64,000 nt of DNA from an uncultured Actinomycetes bacterium (lineage in GTDB: Bacteria > Actinomycetota > Thermoleophilia > UBA2241), in NCBI GenBank assembly GCA_963709345.1, contig CAVPVX010000007.1, positions 672,001 through 736,000 of the forward strand. Reading direction: 5' to 3'. The notes below the pieces were generated by a model, which saw only the letters and a list, made by a program, of their open reading frames with translations, did no database searches and was not told where the DNA came from. This document shows positions 30,286-38,240 of the stretch, piece by piece (position 1 is the first letter of the stretch; every line of letters starts with the position of its first letter). A program made the translations under genes and the position numbers.

Positions 30286-33099
30286 GTGCGGAGCGACGAC
30301 TCGAGATGCAGGCCTGCCGACGCCAAGCTGCTCCATCCGCGGCTTGACGAAGCCAGCCTCCGCGACGACGCCGTCGCCGCGTTCGCGTCGGCCTTCAAGC
30401 GCCGGCTTACCTTGGTGTGCGCGCCGGCCGGATACGGCAAGACGACCACCACGGCCGCCGTGCTCGACCGCCTCGGCTGCCAAGCCGCCTGGTACAAGCT
30501 GGACGTGCTCGACCACGATCCACTCGTCTTCCTCATGGCGATCGTCCGTGCCCTGCGCAGCCGTACTCCCGGCTTCGGCGAGACGCTGCTCCGCGAACTC
30601 GAAGCCGGCTCGGCGACCGACCTGCCCGCCGAGAGCCTCGCAGCTCTGTTCGTCTCCGCCTGCGAAGCATCGCTCCGCTCCAGACAACACCTCGTCCTCG
30701 ACGACTACCACGAGGCCGCCGGCTCCCGTGACCTCGACCGGATGCTGTCCTACCTGCTGGCCAACTCGCCGGCCGACCTCCACTTCGTCGTCCTCACCCG
30801 CTACGAACCGTCCTTCCCCGTGGAGAAGATGCACCTCGAAGGCGATCTGTCGCGTATCGACAGCCAGCTCCTGCGCTTCGACGCGGACCAGGTAGCCACC
30901 GTCATCCAGCAGCGCTCCGGGCAGCGCCACGACCCGGAGCACATCACCCGCCTCCTCGCGCTCACGGAAGGATGGCCGGCAAGCGTAGTCCTTGCCGGGA
31001 TGGCCCTGACCTGGCTGGACGCGGCCTCTCTCGAGAGCGCACTGGCCGACCCGAGACTGAAGACCGACATGTACTCCTACCTCGCCGAGCAGGTGTTCCA
31101 GCGAGAAGCGGCGGACGTTCGCGCCTTTCTCCTGCGCACCTGCTGCCTCGAGCACCTCACCCTCGAACTGGCGGAACTGCTGGCGCCGGCCGGAGACTCC
31201 CACCGGCACCTGCGCCACCTGTCCAGCAACCGGGTGTTCACGTTCGTCGCCGATCGGCAGGGTGCATTTCGCTACCACACCCTGTTCCGCGAGTTCCTCC
31301 GCCAGCGCGTCGTCCAGGATGAGGGTGAGCGTGCGTTCCACGCCCTGCAGGTCGACACCGCGGTGGCGCTCGAAGAGTCGGGTGACAGCCGGCGAGCGGT
31401 GGAACTGCTGCTCGCCGCCAACTCACCCGGAGCCGCCCTCGACGTGATCGCGCGCGCCGGCGAAGCGGGTCTGGATCGCTGCACGACGGAGCAACTCGGC
31501 TCGTGGCTCAAGCGAATCCGCCCGTCGCCGACGGGCGACCGGCCCTGGGCGCTCATCCTCTCCGGAGCGCTGGGCGCGCGCGACGGCGGCTTCGGCGCCG
31601 CCCTGTCGGATCTGCGGCGCGCGTGCGCGCTCCTCGAGCGAGCCGGCGACACGGCGGGGCTGTACGAGGCTCTCTCGATCACCGAGTGCACGGAGTTCTG
31701 GGCCGACGACCCGGAGGCGTGCATCAAGACCTGCCACCGAGCGCTTCCGCTCGCGCAGACGGACGCGCAGAGACTGCACACGCTCCTGAGTCTTCTCTCT
31801 GCCGCCCTGGACATGCGGACGTGGGACGAGGTCGATTCGGCGTCTCGCCAGACCGCGGCCTTCCTTCCCCACGCCCAGCCCGACGAGATCATGCGAGCCC
31901 AGGCGCTGCGGGCACACGCTTCTTTCTACCAGGGCGACATCCGATCTGCCCGGCGCACGATAATCGTGAGCCACCACCCGGGTCAGACGATCGGACTGAA
32001 GTCCGCGGCGCTCAACACCCACGGCATGATCGAGATGGCGCTGGGGGAGTACGACGCCGCCGCGCGGCTCCTCCGCGAGGCGGCCGAGACGAGCGCGCGG
32101 CACGGGCACGCTGCGGCCTCGTACATGATCCGGGACAACATCGCGTTTCTGCGTGCGTGCACGGGCGCCGTGAACGAGGGGCTCGAGTCACTGGAAGCGC
32201 TGTGCAACGACGACGACGGCGCCCACGAGCCGACCCTGCTGTGCTTCGCACTCAGCCACGAAGCCAGTGTGCTCCGCCGTTGCGGCCGGGTCGAGGCCAG
32301 CCTCGACCCGTGCCGGCGCGCAGCGCAGGCCGTCCCCGTCGAGCGCGACCCGTACCTCGCACTCAACGCGGCCACCAACCTCGCGTTCGTCGAAGGCATC
32401 CTGGGTGAGTCGAGACACCGTGAGCTCGCGGGATTGGCGCGAACGGCGGCGACGGCCCGCCTCAGCTTCGTGGAGCTCAAGGGGCACCTCTACGACGCGA
32501 TCCTGCTCTTCAGGGCCGGCGACAGAAGAAGGGCCGTCGAGAAGCTCGAGCGCTGCCTGCCGCGCCAGCTCGCCCTGGGTCACATCAACCTCGTCGCCCA
32601 GGAGCTCGGCCCGCGCGCCGACGTGGCGGCGGCCGTCCTCCGCCGGAACCGGAGCAACGGACTCGGACCGCGGCTGCTGGACGCCCTCAGCCGGCATTGG
32701 CAGTTCGAGAAGGTCAGGGAGCAGTTGCGGCGCGACTGCCCGTCGGAGGTCGGCACGTGGCTCCGCTATCTCGACGAGCGGGGGCGCGTCGGCACCCCGG
32801 TCGCCGGCGCCGGAAGACGTGCCGACACCAGGGACGGCCTGGCCAGACGGCGCGTAGCGGAGGGCGAGGCCGGTGACACCCGTGACCCGCTCGCCGAGCT
32901 CACGCGGCGGGAGCGCCAGGTCCTGGAGTTGATGGCGGAGGACAGGACGAACGCGGAGATCGCCGGGGAGCTCTACCTGGCGCTGCCGACCGTGAAGACA
33001 CACGTCACCCGGATCCTCCGCAAGCTCGGCCAGACCACGAGGCTCGGCGCGGTGCTGGAGTACCATCGCGCGATCGGCCTCATCGGCCGGTCGGCCTGA
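30286..33099 (+). CDS. MalT-like LuxR-family transcriptional regulator (STAND ATPase, TPR, HTH)
   Basis: APAGYGKTT Walker A, LVLDDYH, TEGWPA; C-terminal LTRRERQVL...TVKTHV..ILRKLG. Confidence 0.9.
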   Translation: MRSDDSRCRPADAKLLHPRLDEASLRDDAVAAFASAFKRRLTLVCAPAGYGKTTTTAAVLDRLGCQAAWYKLDVLDHDPLVFLMAIVRALRSRTPGFGETLLRELEAGSATDLPAESLAALFVSACEASLRSRQHLVLDDYHEAAGSRDLDRMLSYLLANSPADLHFVVLTRYEPSFPVEKMHLEGDLSRIDSQLLRFDADQVATVIQQRSGQRHDPEHITRLLALTEGWPASVVLAGMALTWLDAASLESALADPRLKTDMYSYLAEQVFQREAADVRAFLLRTCCLEHLTLELAELLAPAGDSHRHLRHLSSNRVFTFVADRQGAFRYHTLFREFLRQRVVQDEGERAFHALQVDTAVALEESGDSRRAVELLLAANSPGAALDVIARAGEAGLDRCTTEQLGSWLKRIRPSPTGDRPWALILSGALGARDGGFGAALSDLRRACALLERAGDTAGLYEALSITECTEFWADDPEACIKTCHRALPLAQTDAQRLHTLLSLLSAALDMRTWDEVDSASRQTAAFLPHAQPDEIMRAQALRAHASFYQGDIRSARRTIIVSHHPGQTIGLKSAALNTHGMIEMALGEYDAAARLLREAAETSARHGHAAASYMIRDNIAFLRACTGAVNEGLESLEALCNDDDGAHEPTLLCFALSHEASVLRRCGRVEASLDPCRRAAQAVPVERDPYLALNAATNLAFVEGILGESRHRELAGLARTAATARLSFVELKGHLYDAILLFRAGDRRRAVEKLERCLPRQLALGHINLVAQELGPRADVAAAVLRRNRSNGLGPRLLDALSRHWQFEKVREQLRRDCPSEVGTWLRYLDERGRVGTPVAGAGRRADTRDGLARRRVAEGEAGDTRDPLAELTRRERQVLELMAEDRTNAEIAGELYLALPTVKTHVTRILRKLGQTTRLGAVLEYHRAIGLIGRSA

Positions 33100-33224
33100 T
33101 CGGTGGACGCGCGGCGATCGTCCCGGCCGCGACGAGACGACAAATACGACCTGGGTATGATTCACAAAGGATTCCGACAGGCTAGCCTCCTGGCGTAGCG
33201 TCTATGCCCCCGAAGGAGAACCTT

Positions 33225-34244
33225 ATGGAATCGCCCGTTTCCGTCACCTACATCGAGTCGACCAACATGAGCCAGCGCAAGCAGACCGTCATCGACATCC
33301 TTCGCGACAGCCGCGACTTCGTCTCGGGCGAGGCGATGAGCGACGTTCTCGGTATCTCCCGCAACGCCGTGCACAAGCACATCAAGTCGCTGCGCAAGCG
33401 TGGCTACCGCATCACCGGGGTTTCGCGCAGAGGCTACCGGCTCGAGGACGAGCCCTGCCGGCTCTCCATGGCGCACGTCACGACCCGCACCGAGAAGACG
33501 GTGTTCGGGCACTCCTTCCGCTACCACGACGAGATCGAGTCGACCAACATCGAGGCCAAGGCGCTGGCCACCAGAGGCGCCCCCGAGGGCACGGTGGTCG
33601 TGGCCGAATCGCAGACGGCCGGCCGCGGCCGGCTCGGCCGCCGCTGGACCTCGCCGGCCGGCAAGGGCCTCCTCTTCTCCGTCATCCTCCGCCCCCCGCT
33701 GCCGATGAACGAGGCGCACCTTCTCACCATCGTGGCCGCCGCGGCGGCGGCCGAGGCGATCGAGAAGCACGTCACCGCCGGCGTGGCGATCAAGTGGCCG
33801 AACGACCTGTTCATCGGCGACCGCAAGGTCGGTGGCATCCTCATGGAGATCGCGGGCGAGCAGGACGAGGTCGATTGGGTCGTGCTCGGCATGGGGCTCA
33901 ACGTGAACACCGAGTACAGCGAGCTCCCCGTGGCCCTGCGGCGCACGGCCACATCGCTCAAGATGGTCGGCGGCGAGACCGTGGACCGCAGCGAGATCCT
34001 CGCCGGCCTGTTGCTGAGCCTCGAGTCCCACTACAAGACGGCCTCCCGCGGCGGGTTCGAGCGTGCCCTCACCGCCTTTCGCGAGCGCGACTACCTGCTC
34101 TCTCGCACCATCAGCGTCGAGACACGCCAGGGGCCGGTGGTCGGCGCCGCAGCCGGCATCGACGACCGCGGCGCGCTGCTCGTCCAGCTCCCCGAGCGTC
34201 GCATCCGCAGCTTCCACTCGGGCGACGTGACGTTGCACTCATGA
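33225..34244 (+). CDS. birA: Bifunctional biotin ligase / repressor
   Basis: N-terminal HTH (VSGEAMSDVLGISRNAVHKHI), QTAGRGRLGRRW, KWPND. Confidence 0.95.
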   Translation: MESPVSVTYIESTNMSQRKQTVIDILRDSRDFVSGEAMSDVLGISRNAVHKHIKSLRKRGYRITGVSRRGYRLEDEPCRLSMAHVTTRTEKTVFGHSFRYHDEIESTNIEAKALATRGAPEGTVVVAESQTAGRGRLGRRWTSPAGKGLLFSVILRPPLPMNEAHLLTIVAAAAAAEAIEKHVTAGVAIKWPNDLFIGDRKVGGILMEIAGEQDEVDWVVLGMGLNVNTEYSELPVALRRTATSLKMVGGETVDRSEILAGLLLSLESHYKTASRGGFERALTAFRERDYLLSRTISVETRQGPVVGAAAGIDDRGALLVQLPERRIRSFHSGDVTLHS

Positions 34245-34300
34245 CGCCCCGCTCGTAGCCGGAGAAGAACGCGGAACCCCCGGGCGGCAGACGGTCCGTC

Positions 34301-34329
34301 TTGACAGCCGCCCGGGGGCTCACTACATT
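34301..34329 (+). promoter_or_regulatory. sigma70 promoter of bioY
   Basis: TTGACA-N17-TACATT. Confidence 0.8.
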
Positions 34330-34362
34330 GTCACCTCTCTCGATTCCAGTGAGGTTGACAAT
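34327..34362. promoter_or_regulatory. BirA operator
   Basis: ATTGTCACCT-N15-AGGTTGACAAT, close to the TGTnAAC-N14/16-GTTnACA consensus; sits between birA and bioY. Confidence 0.75.
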
Positions 34363-34922
34363 TGCAGAGTACCGCGAGCCCGGTCACGACCCGCGATATC
34401 GCCGCCGCCGCCGTCTTCGCCGCGATGATGGCGGCGGGGGCCTACGTGGCCATCCCCGTCGGCTCCGTGCCGTTCACGCTCCAGACGCTCTTCGTGCTGC
34501 TGGCGGGGATGGCGCTCGGACCGCGACTCGGGGCTCTGAGCGTCGTCGCCTACCTGGGCCTCGGCCTGATCGCCCCCGTGTACGCCGGCGGCGCCTCGGG
34601 CCTCGGGGTGTTGCTCGGACCGACCGGCGGCTACCTCTGGGGGTTCATCCCGGCGGCGCTGGTGGCCGGCGCCATCGCCGGCGCCGGCCGGGCCTCGCTC
34701 CCGCGCCTGACGGCCGCCGGCCTCGCCGGCCTCTGCCCCATCTACGCCCTGGGCGCCCTGTGGCTGGCGCTGCAGCTGGGCGTCGGCCCGCGCTCCGCGT
34801 TGCTGCTGGGGGTGGCGCCCTTCGTGTGGGCGGACGTACTGAAGGCCGTGGCGGCGGCGCTCGCGGCGCGCGCGCTGGTCAGCCTGCCGCTGGATCTTCC
34901 CGCGCTGCAGAGAGACCGCTGA
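34362..34922 (+). CDS. bioY: Biotin transporter BioY
   Basis: VPFTLQTLFVLLAG, GPTGGYLWGF; follows birA. Confidence 0.93.
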   Translation: MQSTASPVTTRDIAAAAVFAAMMAAGAYVAIPVGSVPFTLQTLFVLLAGMALGPRLGALSVVAYLGLGLIAPVYAGGASGLGVLLGPTGGYLWGFIPAALVAGAIAGAGRASLPRLTAAGLAGLCPIYALGALWLALQLGVGPRSALLLGVAPFVWADVLKAVAAALAARALVSLPLDLPALQRDR

Positions 34923-36309
34923 CGTCGGCCAGCGCCTGGCCGCGCAGGCGCAGATTGATGCGGCCGCGCTCGTACTCGACCGTGAAGTCGGTGGAACTGC
35001 CGTCGCGGTAAGCGAGATTCTTGTCGCGAAGCACGCGCGCCAGCGCCTCGACGTACTTCTCATCCAGCGTCACGCCGCCCATCATGCGGAGCTCCTTGAG
35101 CGCCTCGAATGAGCTCCGCGCCGCGCGGTACGGGCGGTCTGACGTCATCGCGTGGTAGCTGTCCGCAACCGCGAGGATCTTGCTCAGCTCGGGGATCGCC
35201 TCGCCTTGGATCCCGTGCGGGTAGCCGCTGCCGTCGAGCCGCTCGTGGTGATAGCGGACGATGTCCGCCACCTCCTGGTACGCGGCCAGGTGCGAGAGCA
35301 CCTCCGCGCCCTTCTCCGGGTGCTGGCGGATGAACTGCCACTCCGCGTCGTCGAGCGCCGTCGCCTTGCGCAGGACCGCGTCGGGAACGCCCACTTTGCC
35401 GAGGTCGTGGAGCAGGCCGGCGAGGTGCAGCGCCTGCTCCTGCTCGTGAGGCAACTCGAGCACGGCGGCCATGTCGCGGCAGTACATGGCCACGGCCGCC
35501 GAATGCTGCGCCGTGTACTCGTCCTTGCTGTCGAGCAGCACCACCATGGCGGCGGCCAGGCCGATGTTCATCTCGAGGTACTGGTCGCTCAGCTCCGTCT
35601 GCCGGGCCACGTGCTCGCGCTCGCGCACCAGCAGCTTGAACATGTACTGGCTCGCGAACAGGGGGATGAACAGGAGTGCGACGGCGATGATGCCGGCGGC
35701 GGCGTAGAGCGCCGCGATCCCGAGGCCCAGCAGCAGCAGCACGCCCAGGGACCGGACGAAGGGCGGCATCTCCTCGCGCCAGAACGCGGCGAAGTGCCGC
35801 TTGTACTTGATGCGCATACCCAGGCTCAACAGCGCCAGGTTGGTCGCCTCGAAGACGACGGCCGTCGCCGCCCCCGCCACGATGAGCCCGAACGTCACCT
35901 CGTCGAGCTTCACGCCGAGCGGCCCCAGAAGAGCGTCGAACACCAACGAGGCGAGAAAGACGGAGACCACGAAGTTCGCGGTGTTGTAGACGACCACCAC
36001 TCGCGTGCTCTCGCGCCAGGCGCCCCACAGCCCGACGCCGATGGCGACGGCGATCGCCGGCAGGCGCCCGGTGAACATGATCGCCAGCAGGATCGGCAGA
36101 TTGAACGCCGCCAGGGTGACCCTGTCGGAGACCTCCACGGCCATCTCGTCGGCGATGATCGCCAGCACGAGGAAGACGGCGGCGTCGCGGATGGCGGCCG
36201 GTGAGAGCGGGATCGGACCGGGGAAGAAGGATGCGTACGCGGCCACGAACCCGGCGCACAGCGCCAGGCTCGTGGTGAGCACGCGGTAATTACGCTCGGC
36301 TATGGACAC
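34879..36309 (-). CDS. Membrane-bound HD-GYP domain cyclic-dinucleotide phosphodiesterase
   Basis: About 6-7 N-terminal TM segments; HS, LLHDLGK, HHERLDGSGYP, DSYHAMTSDRPYR; GTG start with GAGGT RBS. Confidence 0.93.
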   Translation of the reverse strand: MSIAERNYRVLTTSLALCAGFVAAYASFFPGPIPLSPAAIRDAAVFLVLAIIADEMAVEVSDRVTLAAFNLPILLAIMFTGRLPAIAVAIGVGLWGAWRESTRVVVVYNTANFVVSVFLASLVFDALLGPLGVKLDEVTFGLIVAGAATAVVFEATNLALLSLGMRIKYKRHFAAFWREEMPPFVRSLGVLLLLGLGIAALYAAAGIIAVALLFIPLFASQYMFKLLVREREHVARQTELSDQYLEMNIGLAAAMVVLLDSKDEYTAQHSAAVAMYCRDMAAVLELPHEQEQALHLAGLLHDLGKVGVPDAVLRKATALDDAEWQFIRQHPEKGAEVLSHLAAYQEVADIVRYHHERLDGSGYPHGIQGEAIPELSKILAVADSYHAMTSDRPYRAARSSFEALKELRMMGGVTLDEKYVEALARVLRDKNLAYRDGSSTDFTVEYERGRINLRLRGQALADVSGLSAAREDPAAG

Positions 36310-36338
36310 GGCACCTCGCGGGGTGTGCAGTGCCCCGT

Positions 36339-36366
36339 CTATCGGCACCAAACCGGCAACGCTTGA
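36339..36366 (-). promoter_or_regulatory. sigma28-like promoter upstream of the HD-GYP gene
   Basis: TCAAG-N15-GCCGATAG. Confidence 0.55.
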
Positions 36367-36370
36367 ACAG

Positions 36371-36451
36371 TCAGTGCATCTTGCTGCCGCCGCCGCTCGT
36401 GACGAGGGCGAACAGCAGGGACGCGAGTGTCTTTTCGATCTTCTTGCTCAT
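36371..36451 (-). CDS. 26-aa signal-peptide-like small protein MSKKIEKTLASLLFALVTSGGGSKMH
   Basis: ATG with GAGGT RBS; basic, hydrophobic, then Gly-rich; shares AAG ATG CAC TGA ending with the upstream peptide ORF. Confidence 0.8.
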   Translation of the reverse strand: MSKKIEKTLASLLFALVTSGGGSKMH

Positions 36452-36482
36452 GAGCGGACCTCAATCGATCGACAACTCGCGG

Positions 36483-36557
36483 TCAGTGCATCTTCCCGCC
36501 GAAACGGATGTGCATCTTGCCACCGGACCTGATGTGCATTTTTCCACCGAAGCGCAT
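36483..36557 (-). CDS. 24-aa tandem-repeat peptide MRFGGKMHIRSGGKMHIRFGGKMH
   Basis: AGGAGG RBS; three 24-nt repeats differing almost only at synonymous positions. Confidence 0.85.
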   Translation of the reverse strand: MRFGGKMHIRSGGKMHIRFGGKMH

Positions 36558-36566
36558 GTTCCCTCC

Positions 36567-36593
36567 TAAAGGTTCTCGGCCTCATGCCGATAC
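36567..36593 (+). promoter_or_regulatory. sigma28-like promoter pointing toward the MFS gene
   Basis: TAAAG-N14-GCCGATAC, close to the FliA/WhiG consensus. Confidence 0.5.
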
Positions 36594-36873
36594 ACAATGG
36601 TTGACAATCGTGCAGCGACTCTACGGAGACACGCCGGGTCGTGCCTAGCCAACGCATTTGGACATAGTGGGCAAGTCTCTCCGTCTCAGTTGCCATTTTG
36701 GACAACGCTTCCCGCTGCCGCCTGCATCGCCGCTCGCGCCGTCACCCGCGGACCGGGACATGCGACCCCGCATGTTGTAGGCTTCGTGCGCGGTCGCGCG
36801 GAGATCGGCCGCAGGGGCACGCCAGCGCGCCCGCCTCGCCCGAGTCGCGGCGCGCAGCAAGGGGGAACACACA

Positions 36874-38100
36874 ATAGAGGCGAACGCCGCCGCCACGGAG
36901 ACACCGGACGCATCCCTGGCCCGCAACAGCAGCTTCCTGCTGCTCTGGGTGGGCCAGTTCGTCTCGCAGATAGGCGACCGGCTGGCCGCGCTCGCCTTTC
37001 CGTGGCTCGTCTACACGACCACGGGCTCGGCCGTAGGCACCGGCGCCGTGTTCGCTCTTTACACGCTGCCCTACGTCCTCTTCGGCGCCTTCGCCGGCGT
37101 GCTGGTCGACCGCTACAACAAGCGCAGCCTGATGGTCCTCGCGGACGTGGTCCGCGCGGGCCTGGTCCTGCTGGTGCCGCTCGTCGCCTCCCGCTCGCTG
37201 CCGCTGGTTTACGTGCTCAGCTTCGCGATGGCGACGGCCGGTGTGTTCTTCGACCCCGCCAAGCTCGCCATCGTCCCGGAGATCGTGCCTCGGGCGCGGC
37301 TCATGCGCGCCAACTCTCTGCTCGCCACCGCCGAGAACCTCACCGAGATCCTCGGATGGGCCTTCGCCGGCCTCCTCCTCGCGTCGGTGAGCACGACGAC
37401 CGCTTTCGAGCTTGACGCCGTCACGTTCGTCGTCTCGGCCGTGGCGCTGCTGCTGATGCGCTACCGGACACCCGCACACGCGGCCGTCGAGCGAGGCGTG
37501 CGTGCGCTCTGGAACGAACTGAGCGAGGGGTTCGCCTTTCTTCGCGGTCACCCCGGTCTGCGTGCCAACACGATCATGATCATCGTCTGCGTCTCGGGCC
37601 TCGGGGCCGCCTACCCCCTCACCTTCATGCTCGCCGTCCGCGTGCTGGGCGGCGGGACCAGAACGTTCGGCCTCCTCGAGGCGGCCATCGGAGCGGGATA
37701 CCTCGTCGGCTCACTCGCGCTCGCCGCTCTCGCGCCGCGCGTGCGCAAAGGCTGGACGATGGTCGTCGGACTGGCGTTCATGGGGGTATGCCTCGTAGCC
37801 GTGGCCGCCGCGGAGTCGGTCTGGCAGGCGAGCATCCCCTTCCTGCTCTTCGGGGTAGCCAACGCCGTCGCCCTGATCGCCGTCGACACGTACCTGCAGG
37901 AGGTCGTGCCCGAGGGCATGCTGGGCCGGGTGCTGGGCACGCGCTTCACGCTCACGCAGGGCACCTACGCGCTCTCGGTGCTCGTGGGCGGCGCGCTTGC
38001 GGGCGTCTTCGACGTGCGCGCCCTCTTCGTGGTCGCCGGGGCGATCGTCGCCATGTCGGCCCTCCTGGGGCTGCTCTCCCGCGACGTGCGCGAGACCTGA
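36874..38100 (+). CDS. MFS efflux transporter (MefA/EntS-like)
   Basis: RNSSFLLLWVGQFVSQIGD, GVLVDRYNKR motif A; likely ATA start at 36874 behind AAGGGGG. Confidence 0.88.
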   Translation: MEANAAATETPDASLARNSSFLLLWVGQFVSQIGDRLAALAFPWLVYTTTGSAVGTGAVFALYTLPYVLFGAFAGVLVDRYNKRSLMVLADVVRAGLVLLVPLVASRSLPLVYVLSFAMATAGVFFDPAKLAIVPEIVPRARLMRANSLLATAENLTEILGWAFAGLLLASVSTTTAFELDAVTFVVSAVALLLMRYRTPAHAAVERGVRALWNELSEGFAFLRGHPGLRANTIMIIVCVSGLGAAYPLTFMLAVRVLGGGTRTFGLLEAAIGAGYLVGSLALAALAPRVRKGWTMVVGLAFMGVCLVAVAAAESVWQASIPFLLFGVANAVALIAVDTYLQEVVPEGMLGRVLGTRFTLTQGTYALSVLVGGALAGVFDVRALFVVAGAIVAMSALLGLLSRDVRET

Positions 38101-38240
38101 CGCGCCGGCAGCTCCCCCAGGAGCCGGCCCTCCCGCGGCGGCTGCGGCGTCCCGGGTACAGATGATACCCTTGTGGCCATGTCCGTAGGGCGGCCGAAGA
38201 ACGCCGGGCCGAAGCCCTCGGGCGCGAACGCAAAGGCGCC

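Noticed and set aside
33145-33167. ATAC-N7-GTAT palindrome and TTCACAA half-site upstream of birA
   Set aside because: Too short and single-copy to support as a LuxR or Rex site
36483-36557. 24-nt repeats as a mini CRISPR array or DNA operator
   Set aside because: No spacers and no cas genes; variation sits at synonymous positions, which points to a coding repeat
36600-36720. c-di-GMP riboswitch or sigma54 promoter upstream of the peptide/HD-GYP operon
   Set aside because: No GGCAAA...GACGCAAAGC core, and the GG-to-GC spacing is off by one for sigma54; an Infernal/Rfam scan would settle it
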